Positions 62,451 through 64,000 of a stretch of 64,000 nucleotides of DNA are shown piece after piece. The stretch comes from Hypanus sabinus (lineage: Eukaryota), in NCBI RefSeq assembly GCF_030144855.1, contig NC_082717.1:3968001-4032000 (forward strand), written 5' to 3'. Numbering within the stretch: position 1 is the first letter of the stretch; each line of letters opens with the position of its first letter. A program made the position numbers and the translations under genes. A model generated the notes under the pieces. The model ran no database searches. It worked only from the letters and a program-made list of their open reading frames with translations, and was not told the DNA's origin.

Positions 62451-63444
62451 TCATTAAGGTAAGACACTTTGACAGTAATATGCATATTTGCAAGCAATTT
62501 GTACACAGCTTTTCTTGCCAAAATTAATACGCTGCATTTTTATGGAATATAAATTGGGGGAGTAAACTCGTTATCTAAGAGCAGAATACATGCCTCATAT
62601 TACAGCTCTAACTGAGCTGATGAAGTCTCACCCACTTTCTTGTAGCATTGACAAGGTTTCACATTAAAGGAAATTGCAATATGTTCTGTCTTCTGTGAAT
62701 GCAACTTCCCAACTGACCTTACCCCCAAAATATGGGGTTTGTCTGTAATTAATTAACAAAATGTTCTGCAAAATTTGAAAATGATATCCATTTTCCTAGG
62801 TTCGTATATGTCGTATATTTCAAATAGCCTTTGATAACCAAGTCCAGCTTCTCATCTTCACCTGTGGCTTAGATACTGAGCTCGGTGAAACCATTTCTAC
62901 CAATAGGAGAAGGGGAAAGGGCAGTTTACTGCCTCCTTAAAACCAGTTGCTTCAGGAAAATGTCAGCAGTACAGTGTGAAGGAAGACTCTGATCTCAAAT
63001 CTCTGCTGACTCATGGAGAGGGCATCGGGTGTAACCCTGATGAAAATCCAGAGCTGGGGTCCCTAAGGCCACTACATTGAGCTCAAATCAGGAAGTGAAA
63101 CTAGGTTAAATGGGAATCTTGGTCAACATGGATTGGAGAGGCCGAATGGCCTGTTTCCTTGCTGTTTGACTGTGAATTTGTGAAGGGGATTAATCTCCTG
63201 CAGTTTCAGGGAAAGCCCCTGGGAATGGGAAGAAATGGGTGGGGAGAGATGGACAGACCAGGAAGTTGTAGACCCTGTGGAAAGCAGAAAGGGGTGGGGT
63301 GGGGAGGACGTGGTGATTGTAGGATCACGTTGTAGTTGGTGGAAGTAGAGAGGTGTGACATTCCGGAGTCCCGTGTGCTGATCTTTACCAGCAAGAAGCA
63401 CACACTTATTTAATGACCTGCTGCTGCTGATGAATTATTTTTAG

Positions 63445-63561
63445 TCACTGGGTGCGTTTGATGACGGCATATTCGGTTGTTTCCTCGGTGACTTGTATTT
63501 TTGGAGCTGTCTTCTGCCGTTGGACCTGAATATCAGCGTAAAGTATCACTGATTGCTCGGA
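63445..63561 (-). CDS. Terminal coding exon of an inhibitory receptor (ITIM + ITSM cytoplasmic tail) of the upstream neighbouring gene
   Basis: Polypyrimidine acceptor ctgtgtttctctgttccAG|TCC GAG (phase 0), then SEQSVILYADIQVQRQKTAPKIQVTEETTEYAVIKRTQ*. ILYADI fits the ITIM consensus and TEYAVI fits the ITSM consensus; the tyrosines are 23 aa apart. Confidence 0.85.
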   Translation of the reverse strand, partial: SEQSVILYADIQVQRQKTAPKIQVTEETTEYAVIKRTQ

Positions 63562-64000
63562 CTGGAACAGAGAAACACAGACGTTTACAGTACTGAAACA
63601 AAACCCCCCCGGTTTATATCTGACCCATCCCACAGGACATTGCTGCATTTGGCTACTAAAGACACGGTCTCTGTTGTAACCTCAGGGATCTTAGACACCA
63701 GAGATACTGACGATGCAATTAGTTTGAAGCAACACACAGAAAATGCAGACAAAGTTGAGGATCCCCACCACCATCCCATAATCACTATATCCCACTAGGA
63801 GGATCTGTTATTCGTGTATTGTTGATAACATTTGGTTTATGTGCTGTGTGGTGGATGTATTGTGGGTGACAGTGGTCCAGAAGAACAGTGTTTCGTCTGT
63901 TTGTATCCAGGTATAGTCAGATGACCATAAACTTGAACTTGAACTGAGTTCTGTTGAACGTTGTGGGCTGGTCAGGTTGGTGCCAAATATGTTGTGACAC

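Overview
Vertebrate genomic DNA, most likely from a cartilaginous fish and probably a ray. This is inferred from the repeat complement (CR1, Rex1/Babar, Penelope hairpins, an HE1/V-SINE-like SINE) and an elasmobranch-type Ig V exon. Most of the window is decayed transposons: many CR1 LINE pieces, one L1 with a 5' inversion, an I/Nimb RNase H remnant, a Penelope element, a two-LTR Gypsy element, a Gypsy integrase fragment, solo LTRs and four TE-derived minisatellites. Three host exons lie on the minus strand. In transcription order they are: (1) a terminal exon at 63445-63561 encoding an ITIM plus ITSM inhibitory tail; (2) a 49-nt signal-peptide exon at 36261-36309 behind a PU.1/IRF/TCF-type promoter; (3) a 363-nt exon at 9055-9417 encoding a light-chain-like V domain already fused to a J-like FGxG strand, with no RSS. 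The best reading is two adjacent genes of a cluster of non-rearranging VJ-type Ig-superfamily receptors, at least one inhibitory. The transmembrane exons are outside the window, so linking the VJ domain to an ITIM tail is inference. No rRNA, true tRNA or CRISPR features were found.
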